Below, in pieces: positions 25,149 to 37,160 of a DNA stretch of 64,000 nt. Positions within the stretch are counted from its first letter, which is position 1; every line of letters starts with the position of its first letter. Origin of the DNA: Octopus sinensis (lineage: Eukaryota); contig NC_043002.1 of assembly GCF_006345805.1 (NCBI RefSeq), forward strand, positions 120,280,001 through 120,344,000, in the 5' to 3' direction. Both the position numbers and the translations under genes were made by a program. The notes below the pieces were generated by a model. It searched no databases. It was not told where the DNA came from and was given only the letters and a program-made list of their open reading frames with translations.

Positions 25149-25569
25149 CAGGAGTGGTTGTGCGGTAAGTAGCTTGCTTACCAACCACATGGTTCCGGGT
25201 TCAGTCCCACTGCGTGGCATCTTGGGCAAGTGTCTTCTGCTATAGCCCCGGGCCGACCAATGCCTTGTGAGTGGATTTGGTAGACGGAAACTGAAAGAAG
25301 CCTGTCGTATATATGTATATATATATGCGTGTGTGTGTATATGTTTGTGTGTCTGTGTTTGTCCCCCTAGCATTGCTTGACAACCGATGCTGGTGTGTTT
25401 ACGTCCCCGTCACTTAGCGGTTCGGCAAAAGAACCGATAGAATAAGTACTGGGCTTACAAAGAATAAGTCCCGGGGTCGATTTGCTCGACTAAAGGCGGT
25501 GCTCCAGCATGGCCGCAGTCAAATGACTGAAACAAGTAAAAGAGTAAAAGAGTAAAGAGTAAAGAGTAA
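25149..25569 (+). mobile_element. SINE family A, full length, young subfamily
   Basis: Near-identical to 46113-46520. Ends taaaggcggtgctccagcatggccgcagtcaaatgactgaaac(aagagtaa)n. Confidence 0.95.
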
Positions 25570-26305
25570 AATGGAATACCAGGAAATAATGTAATAGCAT
25601 ACCGTTAATTTTTATACCAGTCAATGATGTTCAATAACGGGGTTAAAACATGACCACCATTGCACTAATGAATAAGTTAGACTTTTAATCTTGTAAATTG
25701 CAAAACTCTTTCTTATTTGAAGAGGTAGACAGAAAATATATATTTCAGTGTGTGGTGGGGAGGCTATGTACGTAATGGTTATATTATAGTGTTCCTGTCA
25801 GTTCCACTGAGTGCTTTCTCAGGCGAATGCATATTCAGCAACTGGAATGAATATATTTACATATGCCGGGGTTTTTAACAGTTTTTCGTTTTCACTTTGT
25901 AAGACTTATTATGCATACAACAATAATTCTTCACTCTAGTATTTAATTTGTCATCGTTTCATTGAATACGAATGTGAAACAATTCAGATTGTTTAATCAC
26001 CATTCATTTAAAATTTATTCTTTTTTAAATAAATACAAACAGTGAAATTATAGTACAATCTCCATTGGTATGAAGTTTATTTTGAATAGAAATGTTCTAG
26101 CGTAACATTACATCTCGCGATTCATTCTATTGTATATCAAAATGATACAATATAACATTTTACTTTAGAAAGCATTGTATTTTAAATTGATGCAGTTATT
26201 GTTTAGGTCCCTCGAGGCTGATTCACGATTAAGGGCGTTCATCCAGTCTTTAAGATTATTCTGTTTACTGTATCCTTTCTTATGATAGTACAGTGTATTG
26301 CAAGG

Positions 26306-26687
26306 GTGGAGGCGCAATGGCCCAGTAGTTAGGGTAGCGGGCTCGCGGTCGTAGGATCGCGGTTTCGATTCCCAGACCGGGCCTTGTGAGTGTTTATTGA
26401 GCGAAAACACCTAAATCTTCACAAGGCTCCTGCAGATGGTGGTGGTGAACCCTGCTGTACACCACAACTTTCTCTCACTCTTACTTCCTGTTTCTGTATT
26501 TCTGTACCTGTATTTCAATGGGCCAGCCTTGTCACACTTTGTGTCACGCTGAATCTCCCCGAGAACTACGATAAGAGTACACGTGTTTGTGGAATGCTCA
26601 GCCACTTACACGTTAATTTCACGAGCAGGCTGTTCCGTTGATTCGGATCAGCTGGGACCCTCATCGTCGTAACCGACGGAATGCTCC
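26306..26687 (+). mobile_element. tRNA-derived SINE family C, full length, 17-bp TSD
   Basis: Head gtggaggcgcaatggcccagtagttagg...ggtttcgattcc. TSD tacagtgtattgcaagg (26289-26305) / tatagtgtatttcaagg (26688-26704). Confidence 0.93.
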
Positions 26688-27056
26688 TATAGTGTATTTC
26701 AAGGAACACATGTATTTTATTTTTAGCATGTCGATCAACGGCGTAGAAGTTCTCTCGCCGACTCATAAATTACATTCGTTTCAAAAGTAGAGAGAAGGCA
26801 AAAGCTAACAAGGTTATCTTTGGATTATTTCAGTTGGGTTATCTCTAAAATTGGTGAACGTTTTCAGTATAACTACCGTAGAAGGTCTATCGTACGGAAA
26901 CGGTTTTATAGTATTTGAAAGGGAAAAATGGTTAGGAAAAATATATTGCTCATAATAGCTTTGAGTATATTATTGTAGGGTACACTGAACCAGCAGCAAC
27001 TATTGAAGACACAAACTCGTGCCTCGGGAGGATAATCTATTTATCAATCTATCTAT

Positions 27057-27119
<63 letters not shown>

Positions 27120-27165
27120 ACTGTCTGTCTGTCTGTCTATTTATCTATCTCTTTATATATACATA

Positions 27166-27512
27166 GACACTCCCGTCGGTTTCGATGTATGTGGATCTGG
27201 CAGCCTACATGTTCTTTGTCGGTCATAATGCTTAAGTTACACGTGACATATAAGTCCCATCAACGATGTGCATAGAATCCCTCGCAGATGTTGCAAGTAT
27301 GAGGATTACAGGTTAGTGCAGGCGGTATCTTTGCAGCCGCTTTTCCCCTGTGCGTTGCATCCCCGAGGAGTTAATACTGACTAAAACGCAATCTCTTAAA
27401 CCATTTTGACACGACGGCTTCCCTGTTAGCTATATTGACTGCTGAGAGGTCACTCTCTCAGCTTGTCCATATATCTGAGCTATGGTCGACCAACATTCCC
27501 ACGCCTACTATC
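27166..27512 (-). mobile_element. RTE-clade LINE 3' end
   Basis: Minus-strand reading RNVGRP*LRYMDKL...HTCNICEG...GLICH resembles the RTE C-terminus (RxxGRPxLRYKD...CxxC...GLxSH). Terminal catcgaaaccgacgggagtg resembles the SINE-C tail. Confidence 0.65.
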
Positions 27513-27577
27513 AAGCTGTATATATATGTATATATATATATGTGTGTGTGTGTGAGTGAGTGTGTGTGTGTGTGTGA

Positions 27578-27619
<42 letters not shown>

Positions 27620-27647
27620 TGTGTGTGTTTGTGTGTGTGTGAGTGTA

Positions 27648-28120
27648 TTAGGTTGTTTCATATGAAATGTGTTAGAAAGGTAACAATAAAATAATTCAGA
27701 AGTGTTAGAGAACTGATTTATTTAATCAAAGTATGATCCATGTTCATTTAGGACGTTTACCCAACGTTTCTCTAAGTCATAGATTACATCTTTAAAAGAA
27801 AATTCATCTTTTGTTGTGGTAAACTGTCGGATAGCTTCGATTACCTATTTTCTATTTAAGAATGCTTTATTGCTTATGAAAAGCTTAAAATGATTAAATA
27901 AGTGAATAGCTAGGACGTTGCAAAATATCGTAATTTAGGCTTTGTAACGTTTGGACCGTAGCTTGAGGAGTGTGAGGACGTGCATTGTCGTGGAGCAAAA
28001 TTGGACCATCTCTATCTATTTATAGAGCATTCTCAGTCTATATGTGGCTTGATCATACAAATTGATCTATGCCTGGAAGTAAAATCATCGCATAAATCTG
28101 ACCTTTGTATTTTGTTCCCT
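27648..28120 (-). mobile_element. mariner DNA transposon remnant (3' half with one TIR)
   Basis: TA followed by ttaggttgtttcatatgaaa (TIR-like). Minus-strand GPILLHDNARPHT and ...DLEKRWVNVLNEHGSYFD* are mariner transposase motifs. Confidence 0.85.
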
Positions 28121-28124
28121 AACA

Positions 28125-30220
28125 TGTGTGTGTGTGGTGTGTGGTGTGTGGTGTGTGTGTGTGGTGTGGTGTGTGTGTGTGTGTGTGTGGTGTGTGTGTG
28201 TGTGTGGTGTGGTGTGTGTGTGTGTGTGGTGTGTGTGTGTGTGTGGTGTGGTGCGTGTGTGTGGTGTGGTGTGTGTGTGTGGTGTGGTGTGTGTGTGTGG
28301 TGTGTGTGTGTGTTGTGTGGTGTGGTGTGTGGGTGTGTGGGTGTGTGTGTGGTGTGTGGTGGTGTGTGTGGTGTGTGTGGTGTGTGGGTGTGTGTGTGTG
28401 TGGTTGTGGTGGTGTGTGTGTGTGTGTGGGTGTGGTGTGTGTGTGTGTGGTGGTGTGTGTGTGGTGTGTTGTGTGGTGTGTGGTGTGGTGTGTGTGTTGG
28501 TGTGGTGTGTTGGTGTGGTGGTGTGGTGTGTGTGGTGTGTGTGTGGTGTGGTGTGTGTGTGTGTGTGTGGTGTGTGTGTGTGTGTGGTGTGGTTGGTGTG
28601 TGTGTGTGTGGTGTTTTGTGTTGTGTGGTGTGGTGTGTGGTGTGTGGTGGTTGTGTGTGTGTTGTGTGTGGTGTGTGGTGTGGTTGTGTGTGTGGTGTGT
28701 GTGTGTGGTGTTGTTGTGTGTGTGTGGTGTGGTGGTTGTGGTGTGTGTGTGTGGTGTGGTGTGTGGTGTGTGGTGTGTGTGTGTGTGTGTGGTGTGTGTG
28801 TGTGTGGGTGTGGTGTGGTGTGTGTGTGTGGTGTGTGTGTGTGTGTGGTGTGGTTGTGTGTGTGTGGTGCGGTGTGTGTGTGTGGTGTGGTGTGTGGTGT
28901 GGTGTGGTGTGTGTGTGTGGTGTGTGGTGTGTGGTGTGGTTGTGGTGTGTGTGTGTGGTGTGGTTGTGTGTTGTGTGTGTGTGTTGTGGTGTGTGGTGTG
29001 TGTGTGTGTGTGTGGTGTGGTGTGTGTGTGTGTGGTGTGTGTGTGTGTGGTGTTGGTGTGTGTGTGTGGTGTGGTGTGTGGTGTGTGTGGTGTGGTGTGT
29101 GGTTGTGTGGTGTGTGTGTGTGTGGTGGTGTGTGTGTGTGGGTGGTGGTGTGTGTGGTGGTGGTGTGTTGTGTGTGGTGTGTGTGTGTGTGTTGTGTGGT
29201 GTGTGTGTGTGTGGGTGTGTGGTGTGGGTGTGTTGGTGTGTGTGTGTGTGTGTGGTGTGGTGTGTGTGTGGTGTGGTGGTGTGGTGGTGTGTGTGTGTGT
29301 GTGTGTGGTGTGGTGTGTGTGTGTGGTGTGGTGTGTGTGTGTGTGTGTTGTGTGGTTTGTGTGTGTGGTGTGGTGTGTGTGTGTGTGGTGTGGTGTGTGT
29401 GTGTGGTATGTGTGTGTGTGTGGGTGTGGTGGTGTGTGTGTGGGGGTGTGGTGTGTGTGTGTGTGTGGTGTGTGGGTGTGTGGGTGTGTGTGTGTGTGTG
29501 TGGTGTGTGTGTGTGGTGGTGGTGTGTGTGTGTTGGTGTGGTGTGTGTGTGTGGTGTGGTGTGTGTGTGTGGTGTGGGGTGTGGTGTGTGTGTGGTGTGG
29601 TGTGTGTGTGTGGTGTGGTGTGTGTGTGTGGTGTGGGTGTGTGTGGTGTGGTGTGTGTGTGTGGTGTGGTTGTGTGTGTGGTGTGGTGGTGTGTGGTGTG
29701 GTGTGTGTGTGTGGGTGTGGTGTGTGTGTGTGGTTGTTGTGTGTGTGTGGTGTGGTGTGTTGTGTGGGTTGTGTGTGTGTGTATGTGTGGTGTGGTGTGT
29801 GTGTGTATGTGTGTGTGGTGTGGTGTGTGTGTGTGGTTGTGTGTGTGGTTGTGGTGTTGTGTGTGGTGTGGTGTTGTGTGTGGTGTGGGTGTGTTGGTGT
29901 GTGTGTGTTGGTGTGGTGTGTGTGGGTGTGGTGTTGTGGTGTGGTGTGGTGTGTGTGTGTGTGTGGGTGTGGTGTGTGTGTGTGTGTGTGGTGTGTGTGT
30001 GTGGTGTGTGGTGTGGTGTGGTGTGTGGGTGTGGTTGTGTGTGTGTGGTGGTGTGTTGTGTGTGGTGGTGTGTGTGTGTGTGTGGTGTGGTGTGTGTGTG
30101 TGTGTGTGTGTGTTTGGTGTGGTGTGTGTGTGTGGTGTGGTGTGTGTGTGTGGTGTGGTGTGTGTGTGTGGTGTGGTGTGTGTGTGTGTGTGTGGGTGTG
30201 TGTGTGTGTGTGCGTGTGTG
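28125..30220. repeat. about 2.1-kb irregular (GT)n/(GGTGT)n low-complexity array
   Basis: Almost exclusively G and T; source of the four 700-790 aa artefact ORFs. Confidence 0.97.
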
Positions 30221-30239
30221 TATTTAAGTATTTACTTGT

Positions 30240-30460
30240 GTGTATATTTGTGTCTGTGTTTGCCCTCCCACCATCGCTTGACAACCGATACTGGTGTGTT
30301 TATTCCCTTTCACTTTGCGGTTCGGCAAAAGACACCGATAGATTAAGTACTAAGGTTACAAAGTACTAAGGTTACAAAGTACTAAGGTTACAAAGGCGGG
30401 GTCGATTCCTTCGACTAAAACAAGTAAAAGTTCTGGGGTCGATTTCTTCGACTGAAACTA
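30240..30460 (+). mobile_element. SINE family A 3' half
   Basis: gtgtctgtgtttgccctcccaccatcgcttgacaaccgat...cggcaaaagacaccgatag; internal triplication of agtactaaggttacaa at 30346-30393. Confidence 0.8.
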
Positions 30461-30663
30461 TTAGAAGGGTAAAAACAGATATATATGCAGCAGGGTTCGA
30501 AACTAATGCTAAACCCATAAACGCAACCGGCAAATTCTACATAAAAGGAGTCTACTGGCATAGAGAGAAGGGGACACACTGCAACTTTGTACATCCAAAG
30601 ATTAGGCAACATAGAATGCACAGCAGTTACCACTCTCCACCCGGCAATCAGTATAATAAGGCA

Positions 30664-31044
30664 GGAGGCGCAATGGACCAGTGGTTAGGGCAGCGAACTC
30701 GCGGTCGTAGGATCGCGGTTTCGATTCCCAGACCGGGCGTTGTGAGTGTTTATTGAGCGAAAACACCTAAAGCTCCACGAGGCTCCGGCAGGGGATGGTG
30801 GTGATCCCTGCTGTACTCTTTCACCACAACTTTCTCTCACTCTTACTTCCTGTTTCTGCTGTACCTGTATTTCAAAGGGCCGGCCTTGTCACTCTCTGTG
30901 TCACGCTGAATATCCCCAAGAACTACGTTAAGGGTACACGTGTCTGTGGAGTGCTCAGCCACTTACACGTTAATTTCACGAGCAGGCTGTTCCGTTGATC
31001 GGATCAACCGGAACCCTCGTCGTCGTAACCGACGGAGTGCTTCC
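30664..31044 (+). mobile_element. SINE family C, full length, perfect 11-bp TSD
   Basis: TSD ataataaggca at 30653-30663 and 31045-31055. Confidence 0.95.
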
Positions 31045-31440
31045 ATAATAAGGCAATCACGTCCAGGAAAGTCCTCACCCCTGTACATATCAAAAAAAGG
31101 ACTGCCAACAAGACATGCGCAGATGCGGTGCGAGCTGCAGCAGCCAGGCAGCAACATTTTTTTAAGTATTGCACAAACGTTAACGCAGCAGTTGTCATGG
31201 CTACTAACGAAATTAAGTCATGTACTCCCACACACAAAACCACCACAAGTAATGGACCAAGGACGGCCACCACTGCCGCCGAGCTGTCCGTCACACCAAT
31301 TCTACTGATGAACATCAAAGGCCATTTGCCAAACAACAGCAAGACCAAAATTGCATACTTGGGAGAACTGTCTGCATGCAATCAACCTATATGCATTGCT
31401 CTCACAGAGACTGTCTGCAGACATACATGATGGAGAGATA

Positions 31441-31822
31441 GTGGAGGCGCAGTAGCCCAGTGGTTAGGGCAGCAGACTCCCGGTCGTAGGATCGCGGTTT
31501 CGATTCCCAGACCGGGCATTGTGGGTATTTATTGAGCGAAAACACCTAAAGCTTCACAAGACTCCGGCAGGGTGTGGTGGTGAACCCTGCTGTACTCTTT
31601 CACCACAACTTTCTCTCACTCTTTCTTCCTGTTTCTGTTGTACCTGTATTTCAAAGGGCCGGCCTTGTCACACTCTGTGTCACGCTGAATCTCCTCGAGA
31701 ACTACGTTAAGGGTACACTTGTCTGTGGAATGCTCAGCCACGTGCACGTTAATTCCACGAGCAAGCTGTTCCGTTGATCGTATCAGCTGGGACCCTCATC
31801 GTCGTAACCGACGGAGTGCTCC
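31441..31822 (+). mobile_element. SINE family C inserted into the LINE endonuclease domain, 17-bp TSD
   Basis: tacatgatggagagata (31424-31440) / tatatgatgaagagata (31823-31839). Removing the SINE restores ALTET..DI.D.EIHIPMY. Confidence 0.93.
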
Positions 31823-34310
31823 TATATGATGAAGAGATACACATACCAATGTATACTGTGTTCCGCACAAAGAATAAAGAGAGCTGTCAGGATGGCGTTG
31901 TGATGTACATCCGTGAAGATGCGGTTTGCGACACTCGTAGTACATGTACAGCAACTTGACGTGATAATATGCACATTATACCGTCCACTTGATGCCTCAA
32001 ACTACGATAGCAAGTTTGAGGAATGTTTCACAAAGATAAAAGATGTACTCACAAACCTAGACCAATGCCTTAATGTACTTCTGGTTGGTGACTTCTACTT
32101 CCCAACATTAAAATGGGCTGAAGGTGTCATAGCCTCAGGACTGACACGAAAAGAATGTAATCAAGCACTAGTAGACCTCACGAAAAGGATGTTCATGGAG
32201 TTGTCCATACTTTCCCCAGCCAGAAATAACAACATCCTGGATCTTTGCTTCGCAAACAATATGGAACCACAACATAAACATATCACCGTCTCCCGACTCA
32301 GACCGTAATATGATAGAACTGTCAATATGTGGTCCAAAACTAATTAAAGAATCATACAACACTGTTGGATCCCAAGCGCTAGCCAACCTGAACTTCTACA
32401 AGTCTGTCTACAATAATCTGTCTATGCAAGGCACTGACATGAAATTCAAAAGTGCTTTCCTCTCCCCGCTAGAAAATATGAAAATAAGCAGACCTGGTGA
32501 GTTCTTCAACACCTCTAATCTTCAAGAGAAAAAGGTGACTGTCAATTACATTGGCATTACAGAAGAGTGTGTATTGTCGACCATTGAAGATATAAACCTA
32601 AACTTTGCAGCAGGCCCCGATGGACTCCCAGCAATTCTGTATAAAATATGCAGGAAAGCTCTTTCAAAACCATTGCAAGCGGTTTTCTAGAGTTCCCTTG
32701 AATGCGGTACATTTCCTCAAATGTTAAAAGAAGGAATAATCTGCCCTGTTCACAAAGGAGGAAGAAGAGCAGATGCTATAAACTACAGGCCTATCGCTCA
32801 GACTCCGCATGTCAGCAAGATCATGGAACTCATTGTCATAAAAAGACTGAACTGCTTACAGACACGCAACGTGGTTTCTGCCCTGTAATGAGATGCCTAA
32901 CACAGCTACTATAGCACTTCGACTGGGTACTAAAATAGCAGCTCAACCATTCACATGTGGATGTGATATATCTCGACTTTGCCAAGGCCTTTGTCACTGT
33001 CGATGACGGAATATGTCACAAATTACGTGACCCTGGAATCGCTGGTAGACTGGGATAGTAGCTACGTGATTTCCTGAAGAATAGAAGTCAGGCTGTCACT
33101 GCAAATAGTGCTCTCTCTCTCTCACTCACTTTCTCTCTCTGAAGTGACACCAAGCGTCAGCGGAATCTCCCAGCGAACAGTGCTGGGACCACTACTGTTT
33201 GTGCTTGCTCTCTCGGACACGCCCTCAGCCATAGAGTCAAGCACACTCACCAACTACGCCGATGATACAAAAATATCGCAGTCGGTCAAGGATCCCACTA
33301 ACATCCTAAGACTGCGGAATGAGCTGAACGCAACATATAAATGAGCTGATGTGTATAATATATAGTTCAATGGCGCAAAATTTCAAGCAGTCCGCTAACA
33401 GCCCACAAGATACAGCTGAAGTACACGGGACCAGCAGGCAATATAATCCCAGAGTTAGTGTCGCTGCGTGACCTGGGAATCCACATGAGCAACGACGCAT
33501 CTTTCCATGCGCACATTGCTCAGATGGCAACACAATGTAGGCGGATGGCAAGTTGGATCCTTCAGGACCAGTCACAGAGACACAATGCCTCTGCTTCAGA
33601 GAACATTTGTATTCAGACGCCTGGACTACTGCTCCCAACTGTGGTCCCCACAGAGTATACAATTAATTGCGGAACTAAAGGCGATCCAGCGCCACTACAC
33701 AAGAAAGATAAATCAGAAAAACACATGGGCAACTGGGAGAGGTTGAAGGAAGTGGGACTCTATCTCCTGGATAGTGCTTTACATATGGAAAATATTGGAG
33801 TGTCTAGCACCAAATTTCCGAATCGAACTGGACGGTATTGCACAGAACCAAAGTTCCCATCTTCTCCATAGAGGATACGAACAAAATATTGCAATAGCTC
33901 GGAATTCAAGAAACTACAACTTTTTAATGCTCTACCACAGAACATCAGGGATTTGTAAGGTGTAGACATACAAGTCTTTGAAAAACGTCTAGCCAGTTTT
34001 TTGTCTGCAATAAAGAAGTGCGGCAACGCTCAACACGCTACTTCACCAGAAGCAGTTCTGGAAAATGCCCGGATGCAATAAAGGCGGTGCACCAGCATGG
34101 TATCAGCATCTGGCTGAAACCCATATAAATATGTATGTGCGTATGTGTGTATTTATGTATATGCATGTATATATGTATATATACACATGTAGGATGTTAG
34201 TGGGATCCTTGACCGACTGCGATATTTTTGTATCATCGGCGTAGTTGGTGAGTGTGCTTGACTCTATGACTCTATACACATGTATATATATATATATATA
34301 ATATATATAT

Positions 34311-34354
<44 letters not shown>

Positions 34355-34358
34355 TATA

Positions 34359-34420
<62 letters not shown>

Positions 34421-34424
34421 GTAT

Positions 34425-34930
34425 AATGGCCCAGGCAATTATGGTTCGGGCAACGGACTCGAGGTCGTTAGATCGCGGTTACGATTCCTGCACCGGGCAT
34501 TGTGATGGTTTATTGAGCGAAAACACCTAAAGCTCTACGAGGCACCGGCAGGGGATGGTGGTGAACCCTGCTATACTCTTTCACCACAACTTTCTCTCAC
34601 CTTTTTCTTCCTAATTCTGTTGTACCTTTATTTCAAAGGCTCAGCCTTGTCACACTCTGTGTCACGCTGAATTTCCTCGAGAACTACGTTAAGAGTACAC
34701 GTGTCTGTGGAGTTCTCAGCCACTTGCACGTTAATAAATGAGCTGCGATGTCACTGGTGGCAATCTATATCGGCCTTTGTCTTTCCCTTGGATAACATCA
34801 GTGGCGTGGAGAGGGGAGGGTGTTATGCATGGGCGACTGCTGGTCTTCCAGAAACAACCTTGCGCGGACTTGTACCTCAGAAGATTTTTTCTAGGTGCAA
34901 TCCCATGGTCATTCATGATCAAAGGGGGTC
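34425..34930 (+). mobile_element. SINE family C variant with alternative 3' tail
   Basis: C head and body up to ...agccacttgcacgttaat, then an unrelated ~200-bp tail ending gggggtc(acaac)n. Confidence 0.8.
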
Positions 34931-34938
34931 ACAACAAC

Positions 34939-34994
<56 letters not shown>

Positions 34995-35466
34995 GGATTT
35001 GTGTATCCAGGCTCGCATGCGACTACCGCTTCACTGCGTCGAGGAATCGAATTTTCAGTTTGTTTCTTGAGGAAGCAATGTCGAGTGAATGTTTATTGAT
35101 TTCTTAAATAGCTACAACTTTTTAAACTGATAGGAATTGATATCTGAAAATGAAAGCATATATGCAGATACCTTTCGTCAATAACAATTGCAAGCTGAAT
35201 ATAAATAAATTCAAAAAGTAATTATTAGGAGTCAATCGGGTAACTGTTTCCTAATTTAATCTTGCCAGGAATTCAGAAATGTATAGGTTAACGGACAAGC
35301 AACAAAGTACGATAGAGGTAAATAGCTATATGTTTTTCTGTTTAGGAATCTTATTGTATATTTATAATTTTAAGTAGCAGCAATTTCTTCTTATCAATGC
35401 GTCTGTATGTATTTATTTCTATCTCAGTATGTATATGTCAATATACATGTACGGTATATATATCCA

Positions 35467-35924
35467 AGATTTGGAAGAGTAGAGACTACCAAATGCAGGT
35501 TGGTGAATGTAATTGTCTTCCCAATAGCAACATATGGATGCGAGACCTAGACACTAAAGAAAGCTGACCAGAAGAGAATTAAAGCATTCGAGCTTTGGTG
35601 TTGGAGAAGACTTTTACGGATTCCATGGACAGCGAGGCTCACCAATGGAGCAGATCAGGCCGAAATTGTCGCTAGAAGCTAGGATCACCAAGCATAGATT
35701 GACATATTTTGGTCATATTATGCGGAGAAAATCCCTGGAGAAGGACATCATGCTCGGAATGGTCAGTGGCAAGAGAGATAGAGGCCGACCAAGAACCCGC
35801 TGGCTTGACACCATCAAGAGTGATACGGGAATGGACATAGCCAATCTGAAAGAAGCGGCCCAGGATAAAACTGGCTGGAGGACACTGATCCATCGAGTAA
35901 TCAAGAGTCGACTTCTACTGAGCG

Positions 35925-35929
<5 letters not shown>
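35467..35929 (+). mobile_element. RTE (BovB-like) LINE 3' fragment with (GATA)n tail
   Basis: VFPIATYGCET*TLKKAD.KRI.AFELWCWRRLLRIPWTAR...LTYFGHIMRR.SLEKDIMLG.VSGKR.RGRP.TRW.D. Confidence 0.92.
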
Positions 35930-35983
<54 letters not shown>

Positions 35984-36689
35984 GTGTTTATGTGCCTATC
36001 AGTGTGTGTGTGTGTGCGTGTGTGTACATCGTAGAACACTACACACCTGCACATGAATTTAGGCGGTGCAATTTCCGTTAATCTAATCGCAATATTCAGC
36101 CTCTGAACCTTAAATATTCCGCGTAAAAAAAAATATATATAAAATATTAACTACAAGTTACTTTGCAGGGCATATAGACAATTCAGTGATTGTTCATTTT
36201 GGCAGTAGTGGTTAATCGTAAGACAATTACTCGTTTAATCACACAATATATAGCAAATGATGTCATTATGTCTGGTTTGCATATAATCAACCAGAAATGT
36301 TAAAAACAAGTGAGCGACCATTTTGTGTATGAGCGAAAATAATAACTACCATTGTGAATTTAATTTGCAGCATTTAGATCCATGCTAGAAACTATGTAAG
36401 AGATAGACGCACATAAACCTATGCAGTACAGATTTAATTCATCTAAGTGAGATATTCAATCACTGAGAGTGCACAATGATTTAATAAATATGTCTATGTG
36501 AATTAAACAAATTCGAAGAATGGGTCTAACACGCCACACAAAGGAAAATTTGAATACTTATAAATCTTGCATGTATGTGCGCGTATGTATCTCTGTATGT
36601 ATTTTGTGGTCATCCTTCTATGTTCTCTATTGTTCCTCTGACGTATATTCTTTCAATATTTACATATCTTTCTCTCCCGCTGTATCTCT

Positions 36690-37160
<471 letters not shown>

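Larger units (their letters stand above)
30490..34130 (+). mobile_element. CR1-group (Jockey-superfamily) LINE, near full length, decayed, interrupted by two SINE-C insertions
   Basis: ORF1-like Cys/His motif (CNFVHPKI). APE endonuclease motifs MNIKG, IALTET, LYRP, LVGDFYFP, NILDLCF. RT motifs AAGPDG, YLDFAKAF, GISQRTVLGPLLF, YADDTK, RLDYCSQLWSP. Confidence 0.92.

Noticed and set aside
26306-26380. tRNA gene calls for SINE heads (also 30664, 31441, 46113, 57342)
   Set aside because: A/B boxes are present, but there is no complete acceptor stem and each head continues into a SINE body, with TSDs around the family-C copies.
28125-30220. Telomere or interstitial telomeric repeat
   Set aside because: There are no TTAGGG units; the resemblance is only to yeast TG1-3.
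27980-30369. Four 699-788 aa Cys/Val/Trp- or His/Thr-rich ORFs
   Set aside because: They are translations of a G/T-only repeat that cannot contain stop codons, open in several frames on both strands.
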